A stretch of 64,000 nucleotides of DNA from Dehalococcoidia bacterium. GTDB taxonomy: Bacteria; Chloroflexota; Dehalococcoidia; Bin125. The notes under the pieces are model-generated. The model saw only the letters and a program-made list of their open reading frames with translations, was not told where the DNA came from and made no database searches. This document shows, in pieces, positions 53,934 to 64,000 of the stretch. Location: contig OY820591.1 in assembly GCA_963555985.3 (NCBI GenBank), positions 960,001 to 1,024,000 of the forward strand. The letters are read 5' to 3'. Position numbers and translations under genes: made by a program. Positions within the stretch are counted from its first letter, which is position 1. Each line of letters opens with the position of its first letter.

Positions 53934-55943
53934 CTATTCGCCCGACTGGTATCGGTTGGAACTGCCGCCCCAGGCCAGACCCGGCTTCGGCGGCATCACC
54001 GGTTCGCGTTCGTCGTCGCTGCCGAGCGTTGGTGACGCCGGCGGCGGTGTCGGTTCCGGCGGTGGTGGCGGCGGCGCAACCTCCGGCTGCGGGTCGCCGG
54101 GCTGCCAGGCCAGAATCGCGCGCAGCGCTTCGCCCTCCAGCGTTTCCACCTCCATCAAGCGCGTCGCCAGTAAGTCCAATTGCTCCCGGTTGCGCCGCAA
54201 GATCGTGCGAGCGCGGTCGCGGGCCCGGTCGATGATCTCGCGCAACTCTTCGTCGATCTGCTCAGCGACGGTTTCGGAGTAGTCGCGCTGCTCCGAGATA
54301 TCGCGTCCCAGGAAGACGAGCGACTCTTTCTTGCCGAATGTCCGCGCTCCCAAACGCTCACTCATCCCCCACTGCGTGATCATCGCCCGCGCGATCTGCG
54401 TCACCTTACTGAGGTCGTCGTGAGCGCCTGTGGTCATCTCGCCGAAGACGATCTCTTCAGCCGCATGACCGCCCAGCGCCGAGGACATGAAGCCCTCGTA
54501 GTACGTCTTCCCGGCAAGCCGATGCTCCGACTCCGGCAGATAGCGGGTATACCCGCCCGCCATCCCGCGCGGCACGATCGTGACCTTATGCACCGGATCG
54601 TGACCAGGGATGTGCGCCGCCACAAGCGCGTGACCTGCCTCATGGAAGGCCACCACTTCCTTCTCCCGCCCGACCAACAACCGGCTCTTGCGCTCAGGCC
54701 CGGCCATCACTCGATCAACCGCCTCCTCCACCTCCGCCTGCGTGATCCGCTTCTTCTGCCGTCGCGCCGCGAGAATCGCCGCCTCGTTGAGCAAGTTCGC
54801 CAACTCCGCCCCGGAGAATCCCGGCGTCTCCTTAGCGATCGTGTGCAGATCGACCTCCTCCGAGAGCGGCTTGCCCCGAACGTGTACGCCCAGAATCGCC
54901 TCGCGCCCCTTCACGTCCGGCGCATCCAGCACCACCCGCCGGTCAAACCGACCAGGACGTAGCAACGCCGGATCAAGAATGTCGGGCCGGTTCGTGGCCG
55001 CCACCACGATCACGTTGGTGTTCGTGTCAAAACCGTCCATCTCAACCAAAATCTGGTTGAGCGTCTGTTCGCGCTCGTCATGGCTGCCGCCCACGCCCGC
55101 TCCGCGTTGCCGCCCCACCGCATCGATCTCGTCCACGAACACGATGCAGGGCGCATTCCGCTTCGCCTGTTCGAACAGGTCGCGCACCCGGCTCGCGCCG
55201 ACACCTACGAACATCTCCACAAACTCAGACCCCGAAATGCTGAAGAAGGGCACGCCCGCCTCACCGGCAACCGCTCGCGCCAGCAGCGTCTTACCCGTAC
55301 CCGGAGGCCCAACCAACAGCACACCGCGCGGAATCCGCGCCCCCAGAGACGCAAAGCGCTCGGGGAATTTCAGAAATTCAACGACCTCTTGCAACTCTTC
55401 CTTCGACTCGTCCGCGCCCGCCACATCGTTGAACGTCACCGTCGGGCGATTCGCCGTCACCAGGCGAGCCTTGCTCTTACCGAACGACATCGCCTGCGAA
55501 CCCTGTCCCTGCGCCTGACGCAGGAAAAAGATGATGATCCCGATGATCAGCAGGAACGGCAAGAACGAAATGAAGAGCGAAAGGATCGTGCTGCCAAAGC
55601 CCCCGCCCCCGCCGACCTCAACGTTGGGGAATCCCTGTCCGGCGACGTCAATGCCCTCGCGATCGAGGAACTCGAAGAAGTCAAACCCGGTTTCTGGAAT
55701 GTTGGCCGAGTACGACTCCTGACCGTCGCGGTAGCTGAGAACGACTTTGCTCTCCTCAACCTTGACCGTCTCAATCAAACCCTGCTGCCCTTCAATCCGT
55801 CCCAACAGCGATTCAGGCCCGCCCGCCAGCGGAATCGTGTTCGAACTCCCGCCGCGCGGGAACACGGAAAACACGACCACGATCAGTACCACGAAAATCA
55901 GCAGATAGACCAGGAAACTGCGCCTGAACCGAGAGCCGCCCAT
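53934..55943 (-). CDS. ftsH: ATP-dependent Zn metalloprotease FtsH
   Basis: Two TM helices, [34 protein letters not shown]. Confidence 0.97.
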   Translation of the reverse strand: MGGSRFRRSFLVYLLIFVVLIVVVFSVFPRGGSSNTIPLAGGPESLLGRIEGQQGLIETVKVEESKVVLSYRDGQESYSANIPETGFDFFEFLDREGIDVAGQGFPNVEVGGGGGFGSTILSLFISFLPFLLIIGIIIFFLRQAQGQGSQAMSFGKSKARLVTANRPTVTFNDVAGADESKEELQEVVEFLKFPERFASLGARIPRGVLLVGPPGTGKTLLARAVAGEAGVPFFSISGSEFVEMFVGVGASRVRDLFEQAKRNAPCIVFVDEIDAVGRQRGAGVGGSHDEREQTLNQILVEMDGFDTNTNVIVVAATNRPDILDPALLRPGRFDRRVVLDAPDVKGREAILGVHVRGKPLSEEVDLHTIAKETPGFSGAELANLLNEAAILAARRQKKRITQAEVEEAVDRVMAGPERKSRLLVGREKEVVAFHEAGHALVAAHIPGHDPVHKVTIVPRGMAGGYTRYLPESEHRLAGKTYYEGFMSSALGGHAAEEIVFGEMTTGAHDDLSKVTQIARAMITQWGMSERLGARTFGKKESLVFLGRDISEQRDYSETVAEQIDEELREIIDRARDRARTILRRNREQLDLLATRLMEVETLEGEALRAILAWQPGDPQPEVAPPPPPPEPTPPPASPTLGSDDEREPVMPPKPGLAWGGSSNRYQSGE

Positions 55944-56135
55944 CAGCTCACCCTCTCCAGCCGAGCGCGAACGCCGGGTTGCGATGCACCCGAAGCCGCA
56001 TCGCAGACGCGCCGTCCGCGTCAATGCACCACGCCCCCTGAGCATATCGCACCAAGACCGCCGCGACGGTCAAACTCACGTGAACTCGCAACCCTCTGCG
56101 ATCAGCTTCCCGTGTAGCGCGCCTAGACTCTGCCC

Positions 56136-56807
56136 GTGCCCCAACCGCGAACGACCGCCCGCCGCCCCGACCGCCGCCGCGAACTCCGCGCTTGGCGCGC
56201 GGGTCTGGAGTTCGTCGTGGGCGTCGATGAAGTCGGACGCGGCCCACTCGCAGGCCCGCTCCTGATCGCCGCCGTTGTGCTTCCCAGCGATCATCGCCCC
56301 GCTTGGCTGTCGGACGTACGCGACAGCAAGCAACTCCCACCGTCCGAGCGCGAGCGTCTCGCCCCGCTGATTCGCGCAGACGCCCAAGCGACCGCCATCG
56401 GCTGGGTGCAGCCCCGCGAACTCGATCAAGTCGGACTCAGCGCCGCGCTCCGTCTCGCAGCCCGCCGCGCGCTTGCCCTATTGCCCCGAGCGCCTGACCT
56501 CGTACTTGCCGATGGACGCGATGATCTCCAACTGCCCTATCCGACCGAGATGGTCGTCAAAGGCGATGCTACCGTCGCCTCCATCGCCGCAGCCTCCATC
56601 TTGGCCAAAGCCGCCCGCGACGCCTGGATGCGGCAACTGGATGTTCGCTATCCCCACTACGGCTTTGCCCGACACAAGGGCTACCCGGCGCCGAAACACC
56701 TCGAAGCCTTGCGCAGATTCGGGCCCTGCCCCGAACACCGTCGCTCCTTCGCCCCCGTCGCAGCCGCACTGCAATCGTCGCTGGCGCTCCACGATGCCGC
56801 CGGCTGA
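56136..56807 (+). CDS. rnhB: ribonuclease HII
   Basis: GVDEVGRGPLAGP, DSKQL, KGD...IAAASILAK, HKGY, HRRSF. Confidence 0.95.
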   Translation: MPQPRTTARRPDRRRELRAWRAGLEFVVGVDEVGRGPLAGPLLIAAVVLPSDHRPAWLSDVRDSKQLPPSERERLAPLIRADAQATAIGWVQPRELDQVGLSAALRLAARRALALLPRAPDLVLADGRDDLQLPYPTEMVVKGDATVASIAAASILAKAARDAWMRQLDVRYPHYGFARHKGYPAPKHLEALRRFGPCPEHRRSFAPVAAALQSSLALHDAAG

Positions 56808-57204
56808 ACCGAAGCGAGACGACCGCCGCGCGCTTGGCGCCGCCGCCGAAGACTACGCCGCAAACTGGCTGGCGAATCGCGGCTATCAAATCGTCCAACG
56901 CAACTACCGTCGCGCTTGGGGCGAAGCCGACATCATCGCCCGCGATCCGCAGGACGACTGCACCGTGATCGTCGAAGTCCGCAGCCGCCGCGACCCCCGT
57001 CGCGGCGTCGACGCCTTGCTCTCAGTTGACGCGCGCAAGCAGCGCCAGCTCCTGCGAATCGCACACGGCCTGCTCTCCGAGTCGGAGACGGAGCACGATC
57101 TGCGCATCGACATCATCATCGTCGGTGGCGATCCCGACCGGGGCTTCCGCATCCTCGCTCACCTGGAGAACGCGCTCGAAGACGCCGAACTGGACGATGA
57201 GTAG
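56794..57204 (+). CDS. YraN (UPF0102) family protein
   Basis: LGAAAEDYAANWL..GYQIV.RNYR..GEADIIA, VEVRSR, RIDII. Confidence 0.9.
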   Translation: MPPAEPKRDDRRALGAAAEDYAANWLANRGYQIVQRNYRRAWGEADIIARDPQDDCTVIVEVRSRRDPRRGVDALLSVDARKQRQLLRIAHGLLSESETEHDLRIDIIIVGGDPDRGFRILAHLENALEDAELDDE

Positions 57205-57242
57205 GCGGACGCCCAGCCCTGCGGCGATACACTCGATCCACG

Positions 57243-57512
57243 ATGCCCATCTACGAATACCACTGCCCCGACTGCGCTCGCACGGTTGAGGTCTTCCAGC
57301 GCCGGACACGCGCCGAGGGCGACCCACTGCCATCCTGCCCACAATGCGGTGGTAGCCAACTGGAGACCCGCTTCTCGCGCTTTCGCTCCCGAACCGAACT
57401 CAGCTTCCCCGGTTTCGACACCCTCGACGACGTCGACGCCGACGATCCCGAATCCGTCGCCGCCTGGCGCAAGTCCGCCGGCGCCTCCGAAGAACTGCCC
57501 GCTGATCTCTAA
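57243..57512 (+). CDS. FmdB-family zinc-ribbon protein
   Basis: MPIYEYHCPDC...CPQCG. Confidence 0.85.
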   Translation: MPIYEYHCPDCARTVEVFQRRTRAEGDPLPSCPQCGGSQLETRFSRFRSRTELSFPGFDTLDDVDADDPESVAAWRKSAGASEELPADL

Positions 57513-57538
57513 CGCTCCCAACCACGCAGAGGACGACT

Positions 57539-57883
57539 ATGCCGATCTACGAGTACCGCTGCCAATCCTGCGGCAAAATCACCGAGGCCTTTCACCGCTC
57601 CCTGGATCGCGCCGTCATCCCCGACTGCGAGTCCTGCGGCGGCTCCGCAATGGAACGCGCCGTCTCACGCTTCGCCACCCCAAAAACCGAGTCCCAAGTC
57701 CTGGAACAGTACGGCTCACCAGGCCCGGGAGCTGGCCCCGACGCCTACCGAGACCCCCGCCAGATCGGCCGCTGGGCCGAAGAACGCTTCGAGCAAATGG
57801 GCGTCGAAATGCCAACCGAAGCCAAACAAATGATCGACGCCGCCCGAGATGGCGAACTCCCCGCCCCCGTCAAAGACCTCTAG
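57539..57883 (+). CDS. FmdB-family zinc-ribbon protein
   Basis: MPIYEYRCQSC...CESCG. Confidence 0.85.
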   Translation: MPIYEYRCQSCGKITEAFHRSLDRAVIPDCESCGGSAMERAVSRFATPKTESQVLEQYGSPGPGAGPDAYRDPRQIGRWAEERFEQMGVEMPTEAKQMIDAARDGELPAPVKDL

Positions 57884-57912
57884 CAGGGTGCTGAAAAGTC
57901 AGACAACCCGCC

Positions 57913-58123
57913 AATATCCGTCATTCCTGCGCAGGCGGGAATCCATTCCCCTCTCCCCACGCATCGCGGAGCCTGTCCCCGCGCAGGGAGACCATTGCGA
58001 AAATCAAGAACCGTCATACCCGCGCTTGTCGCGGGTATCTCGTCGAGTCGAGCACCCAAGTCCATTCCAAACCTCCTCTGCTCCCGCACCGCGGGGGGAG
58101 AAGTCACGAAGTGACAGAGGGAG
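57913..58123. repeat. cluster of REP-like hairpins
   Basis: CGTCATTCCTGCGCAGGCGGGAATC (57919), GAGCCTGTCCCCGCGCAGGG (57969), CGTCATACCCGCG..GGGTATC (58012), double hairpin (58076-58123). Confidence 0.75.
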
Positions 58124-58173
58124 TCCGCCCCCCAACCCAACTGCAATCCCCGCAACACCGGGAATCCACCACA

Positions 58174-58413
58174 GAACTCCCGTGCATATATCATCCCTTG
58201 TGACCGGCCTCCCCTCACAACCAACGAAACCCGCCATGACCATCAAACCCTGCCTGGACATTCCTGGACAAACCCGTACGCATACCCTCAATTCCGCTCC
58301 AAACGCTCCGAAATCTAGCCAAATCCGGCAAAATCTGGACAAATCTGGACTACCCATCGCCAAATACCAAGCCCACGCCGCCAAATTCGCCGCGCCCGCC
58401 CAGAAATTCCCCC
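58174..58413 (+). repeat. divergent analogue of the 10-bp-period element
   Basis: GAAC-TCCC-GTGC box, then aaatctagcc/aaatccggca/aaatctggac/aaatctggac, ending cccagaaattcccc. Confidence 0.45.
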
Positions 58414-58559
58414 GCGCCGCCAGCTGTGCGATCTACCGCATTGCCCGCGTAACACCCCCGTAATACCCTGCCTGCGTCCCCATCTGCTGGGCGCGCTTCT
58501 GCCAACGCGATCTCGGCTCGCGCGCTTCCCAATGCCCCGCTCAACCTGAGAGGAACTGC

Positions 58560-60626
<2,067 letters not shown>

Positions 60627-60646
60627 CGGGCCTCATCCTCTTCTGA

Positions 60647-60682
60647 TCCCCTCTCCCTCTGGGAGCGGGTTAGGGTGAGGGC
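60647..60682. repeat. double-hairpin REP (insert-free form)
   Basis: cccctctccctctgggagcgggttagggtgagggc. Confidence 0.6.
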
Positions 60683-60904
60683 TCCGCCGCACCTATTCCG
60701 AACGCTCCGCCGCCTCCTCGCGCGCGGAGCGTTCGCGCATCTGCTCCTGCAAGGCGCGTCCCGCATTCCCCGTCGCCAGAATCGTCAAGACCGCGCCGAT
60801 CAGTAACCCCAGAATCAGACCGATCAGAAACCGCATTGATGCCTCCGCTTGCTTCGTTGGTGTTCAGCGTAGACGGTACGATGTCACAGAAGGCTGGCTC
60901 ACCA

Positions 60905-61468
60905 ATGACGACGACTGCCCCAAAACTGCTGACCGCCGATGACCTGCTGCGCCTGTACAGCGAGGGTGTGTACGGCGAACTGATTCGCGGAGAACTGCAC
61001 GAAACCATGCCACCTGGAGAAGAGCACGGCACTGTCATGGCCGACATGACCATAGTGATTGGTGCGTTTGTCAAGCAGCAACGGCTCGGGCGAGTTACAG
61101 CAGGCGACGCCGGTGTCTGGATTGAGCGGGACCCGGATACGGTGCGCGGACCCGACATCGCGTTCTTCTCGACAGATCGGATGCAAGCGGGTCCACCACT
61201 GCCCGGTTACTCCGTGACAGTTCCCGATCTGGTCGTCGAAATCGTCTCTCCCAACGACAAGTCGCATGAGGTATACGACAAGGCGCGGATGTGGCTGAGT
61301 CACGGCGTGCGGGTGGTATGGGTGGTGCAGCCCGAAAGCCGGACAGTCGAGGTCCACCGCAGTGATGTTGGAGTCGAAGTCGTTTCCAGCGATGAAGAAC
61401 TTGATGGTGGCGATGTACTGCCAGGTTTTGCCTGTCGCGTCAGCGATATCCTCCCGCTTACCGAATAG
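60905..61468 (+). CDS. Uma2 family endonuclease
   Basis: ELIRGEL, VRGPDIAF, PDLVVEIVSPND, GVRVVWVVQPE, DVLPGF. Confidence 0.92.
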   Translation: MTTTAPKLLTADDLLRLYSEGVYGELIRGELHETMPPGEEHGTVMADMTIVIGAFVKQQRLGRVTAGDAGVWIERDPDTVRGPDIAFFSTDRMQAGPPLPGYSVTVPDLVVEIVSPNDKSHEVYDKARMWLSHGVRVVWVVQPESRTVEVHRSDVGVEVVSSDEELDGGDVLPGFACRVSDILPLTE

Positions 61469-61604
61469 CCCTTCCGGAGTGTGGTGCTTGGCGTACGGCA
61501 GAGCGTTGCAGTGCGTTCCCGTTCGCTCTGCCGGAGCAGGTGTCGTCGTACGCTCAACTGACATCGTGGAAACAGCCGATAGCCCCTCCAGAAAGGCGAC
61601 TGCA

Positions 61605-62915
61605 ATGAACGACGTCTCCCTCGACACCCTCGTCTCGCTCTGCAAACAGCGCGGCTTCGTCTTCCCCGCCTCCGAAATCTACGGCGGCTTCGGATCCACC
61701 TACGACTACGGCCCGCTCGGCGTCGAGCTGAAGCGCAACGTCAAGGAACTCTGGTGGCGCGCAACCGTGCGCGAGCGCTCCGACGTGGTCGGCCTCGACT
61801 CCGCCATCATCCAGTCACCCCGCGTCTGGGAAGCCTCAGGCCACGTCCAGAACTTCCACGATCCGATGGTCGACTGCCTCGAGTGCAAAGGCCGCTTCCG
61901 GGAGGACCACTTGGAGGGTCCGAACTGCCCCACCTGCGGCGCGAAGAACTCCTTCACCGAAGCGCGCGAGTTCAACCTCATGTTCCGCACCCAAGTAGGC
62001 CCCGTCGCCGAGGCCGGCTCCGAAGCCTTCCTCCGGCCCGAAACCGCCCAGGGCATCTTCATCAACTTCGAGAACGTCCTCCAGTCCACCCGCCGCCGCC
62101 TCCCCTTCGGCATCGCCCAACAAGGCAAGTCGTTCCGCAACGAGATCACGCTCGGCAACTTCATCTTTCGCACCCGCGAGTTCGAGCAGATGGAGATGGA
62201 GTACTTCGTCGCGCCCGACGAGGCCGACGAGTGGTACCGCCGTTGGATCGACCTTCGCGAACAGTGGTACGTCGATCTCGGCATCAACCCCGACAACCTC
62301 CGCCGCGATGTCCACCCAACCGAGAAACTCTCCCACTATTCAGCTGGCACCACCGACATCCAGTACCGCTACCCCTGGGGCTGGGATGAACTCGAAGGCA
62401 TCGCCAACCGCACCGACTTCGACCTCACCCAACACGGTCAATCCTCCGGCAAACGCCTCGAATACTTCGATCATCAAACCAACACCCACATCGTCCCCCA
62501 CGTGATCGAACCCGCCGCTGGCGTCGATCGCATCATGCTCGCCCTCCTCTGCGACGCCTACACCGTCACACCCGACGAAAAAGGCGACGACCGCACCATC
62601 CTCGCATTCGCGCCCCGCGTCGCCCCAATCACCGTCGCCGTGCTGCCGCTCTCACGCAAACAGCCCGTCGCCGACCTCGCCCGCGAAGTCTGGGCCAAAG
62701 TCCGTCCCCACTGGACCACCCAATACGACGACACCCAGTCAATCGGCCGCCGCTACCGCCGCCAAGACGAGATCGGCACCCCCCTCTGCATCACCGTCGA
62801 TTTCGAGTCCCTCGACGACGCCGCAGTCACAATCCGAGACCGAGACACGCAAGCCCAAGAGCGAGTAGCAATCGCGGAACTGGTAGACGCCCTCAGGTCC
62901 CGCCTGGGCTTCTAG
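61605..62915 (+). CDS. glyQS: glycine-tRNA ligase, alpha2 type
   Basis: YDYGPLGVELK, LRPETAQGIF, GKSFRNEIT, FRTREFEQME, IEPAAG, IGRRYRRQDEIGTP. Confidence 0.96.
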   Translation: MNDVSLDTLVSLCKQRGFVFPASEIYGGFGSTYDYGPLGVELKRNVKELWWRATVRERSDVVGLDSAIIQSPRVWEASGHVQNFHDPMVDCLECKGRFREDHLEGPNCPTCGAKNSFTEAREFNLMFRTQVGPVAEAGSEAFLRPETAQGIFINFENVLQSTRRRLPFGIAQQGKSFRNEITLGNFIFRTREFEQMEMEYFVAPDEADEWYRRWIDLREQWYVDLGINPDNLRRDVHPTEKLSHYSAGTTDIQYRYPWGWDELEGIANRTDFDLTQHGQSSGKRLEYFDHQTNTHIVPHVIEPAAGVDRIMLALLCDAYTVTPDEKGDDRTILAFAPRVAPITVAVLPLSRKQPVADLAREVWAKVRPHWTTQYDDTQSIGRRYRRQDEIGTPLCITVDFESLDDAAVTIRDRDTQAQERVAIAELVDALRSRLGF

Positions 62916-62977
62916 TGCCTATACACATTGCCAGTCGCCAGGCCAAGACTTGCTCGTCATCCCCGCGATTGCCACAG

Positions 62978-63140
62978 AGCCTGTCCCGCGCAGGGAAACC
63001 CTTGCGTAAATCAAAGATCGTCATACCCGCGCTTGTCGCGGGTATCTCGCCGTTATCTGCACCGTCGTCGCTCTCACAGCGAGATTGCCGCGGCGGAGCG
63101 CGGCAATGACGAAGAACGTAGACTTTGGCAAAGCTCTCCG
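62978..63140. repeat. composite element with inverted REP doublet
   Basis: 62978-63049 matches 57969-58042; inverted hairpin gagattgccgcggcggagcgcggcaatgacg at 63081-63111. Confidence 0.7.
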
Positions 63141-63277
63141 AAGATGGGAATCACTCGCCGCGTCCTGCACCGTCGTCGTGCCTTGAGATTGCCGCGACAA
63201 TCAATGTGAAGAGCCCCTAGCCCTTGGTCTATCCCCGCAGGCAAGAGTGAATCAGACTGGCGATCCATCCGCACACA

Positions 63278-63317
63278 GAAACGCCCCCGTCTGCCCATCA
63301 GCAGGCGGGAGCGTCTC
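63278..63317 (-). terminator. putative terminator after ferredoxin
   Basis: ACGCCCCCGTCTGC-ccatca-GCAGGCGGGAGCGT stem followed by TTCTG on the minus strand. Confidence 0.55.
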
Positions 63318-63340
63318 GGAATGTCCGGGGGCGAATGGGG

Positions 63341-63622
63341 CTATGGCGCCAGTTCAGCGACCTTGCCGCGAGCTGCTTCTGGGTCCTCGTACCACTCCGC
63401 GTTGATCTCGGTGAACGCCTGCCACTCGTCCGGCACGTCGTCCTCCGCGAAGATCGCGGTCACCGGACAGGCCGGTTCGCAGGCGCCGCAGTCGATGCAC
63501 TCGTCCGGGCTGATGTAGAGCATGCGGTCGTCGTCGTCCGCGTGGATGCAGTCCACCGGGCACACTTCGACGCAAGACTGATCCTTCACGTCGATGCAGG
63601 GTTCGGCGATCACGTAGGTCAT
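63341..63622 (-). CDS. 7Fe ([3Fe-4S]/[4Fe-4S]) ferredoxin, FdxA type
   Basis: [27 protein letters not shown]...[14 protein letters not shown]. Confidence 0.95.
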   Translation of the reverse strand: MTYVIAEPCIDVKDQSCVEVCPVDCIHADDDDRMLYISPDECIDCGACEPACPVTAIFAEDDVPDEWQAFTEINAEWYEDPEAARGKVAELAP

Positions 63623-63746
63623 GAGTCTTCACCTCTCGCGCGTCTCGCCCCCGACCCGTGCGTCGGCGGCTATTCACTTATAGGGCTGCAATCGCCTGTT
63701 GGCAACACCTCACCCGCCCAAGCCCAAAATCCGATCGATCCAGCCC

Positions 63747-64000
63747 CTAATGTGGCGCCGGTTCGGCGGCGCTGCTTGCCTCTCTCTCGCCGTTCGAGGA
63801 CGCCCCCGAGCGGCCGTTTGCGGCCGATCCGCCGTTTCGATTCACTCCATGCTCACCGTCCACGTTGGACGCAAGCGCTGTCCGTCCATTGACCGCCGGC
63901 GGGTGCAGGGCCAGCACATCGCGCAGAAACTGCCCGGTAAAACTCGCCTCAACCTCCGCAACCTGCTCCGGAGTCCCGGTCGCGACCACTTCACCCCCAC
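63747..64000 (-). CDS. uvrA: 3' end of excinuclease ABC subunit A (partial, runs off window)
   Basis: GGEVVATGTPEQVAEVEASFTGQFL is the characteristic UvrA C-terminus. Confidence 0.85.
   Translation of the reverse strand, partial: GGEVVATGTPEQVAEVEASFTGQFLRDVLALHPPAVNGRTALASNVDGEHGVNRNGGSAANGRSGASSNGEREASSAAEPAPH

Noticed and set aside
61469-61604. T-box leader for glyQS
   Set aside because: No T-box consensus (GGTGG.ACCGCG) or terminator found

Overview
High-GC bacterial chromosomal segment. The 16S rRNA, the rplU-rpmA-rpmE order and the alpha2-type GlyRS suggest Chloroflexota, probably Dehalococcoidia; this is an inference, not a database result. Housekeeping content: xerD, eno, uvrC, seven tRNAs, a methylmalonyl-CoA mutase/epimerase/MeaB cluster, ftsB, tilS, rpsA, clpC, mreBCD-mrdA-rodA, ligA, hisHAFI, ribosomal proteins, ftsH, rnhB, a membrane PPase, glyQS, a ferredoxin and the uvrA 3' end. 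Main unusual features: (1) an unrecognised ~55-aa module found four times, directly behind the signal peptide of three otherwise unrelated exported proteins; (2) an rRNA locus ordered 16S-tRNA-Ile-[6.35-kb defence island]-tRNA-Ala-5S with no 23S; (3) a dispersed intergenic element made of a conserved sigma70 promoter overlapped by a LexA-like palindrome, then a 10-bp-period array, with a tail resembling the tandem repeat of an orphan HTH protein; (4) layered MITE/REP repeats with small hairpins nested inside other hairpins; (5) a tRNA-Arg(GCG), several probable leaderless genes and an apparent GC-skew reversal across the rRNA island. All calls come from manual reading; no searches were run.
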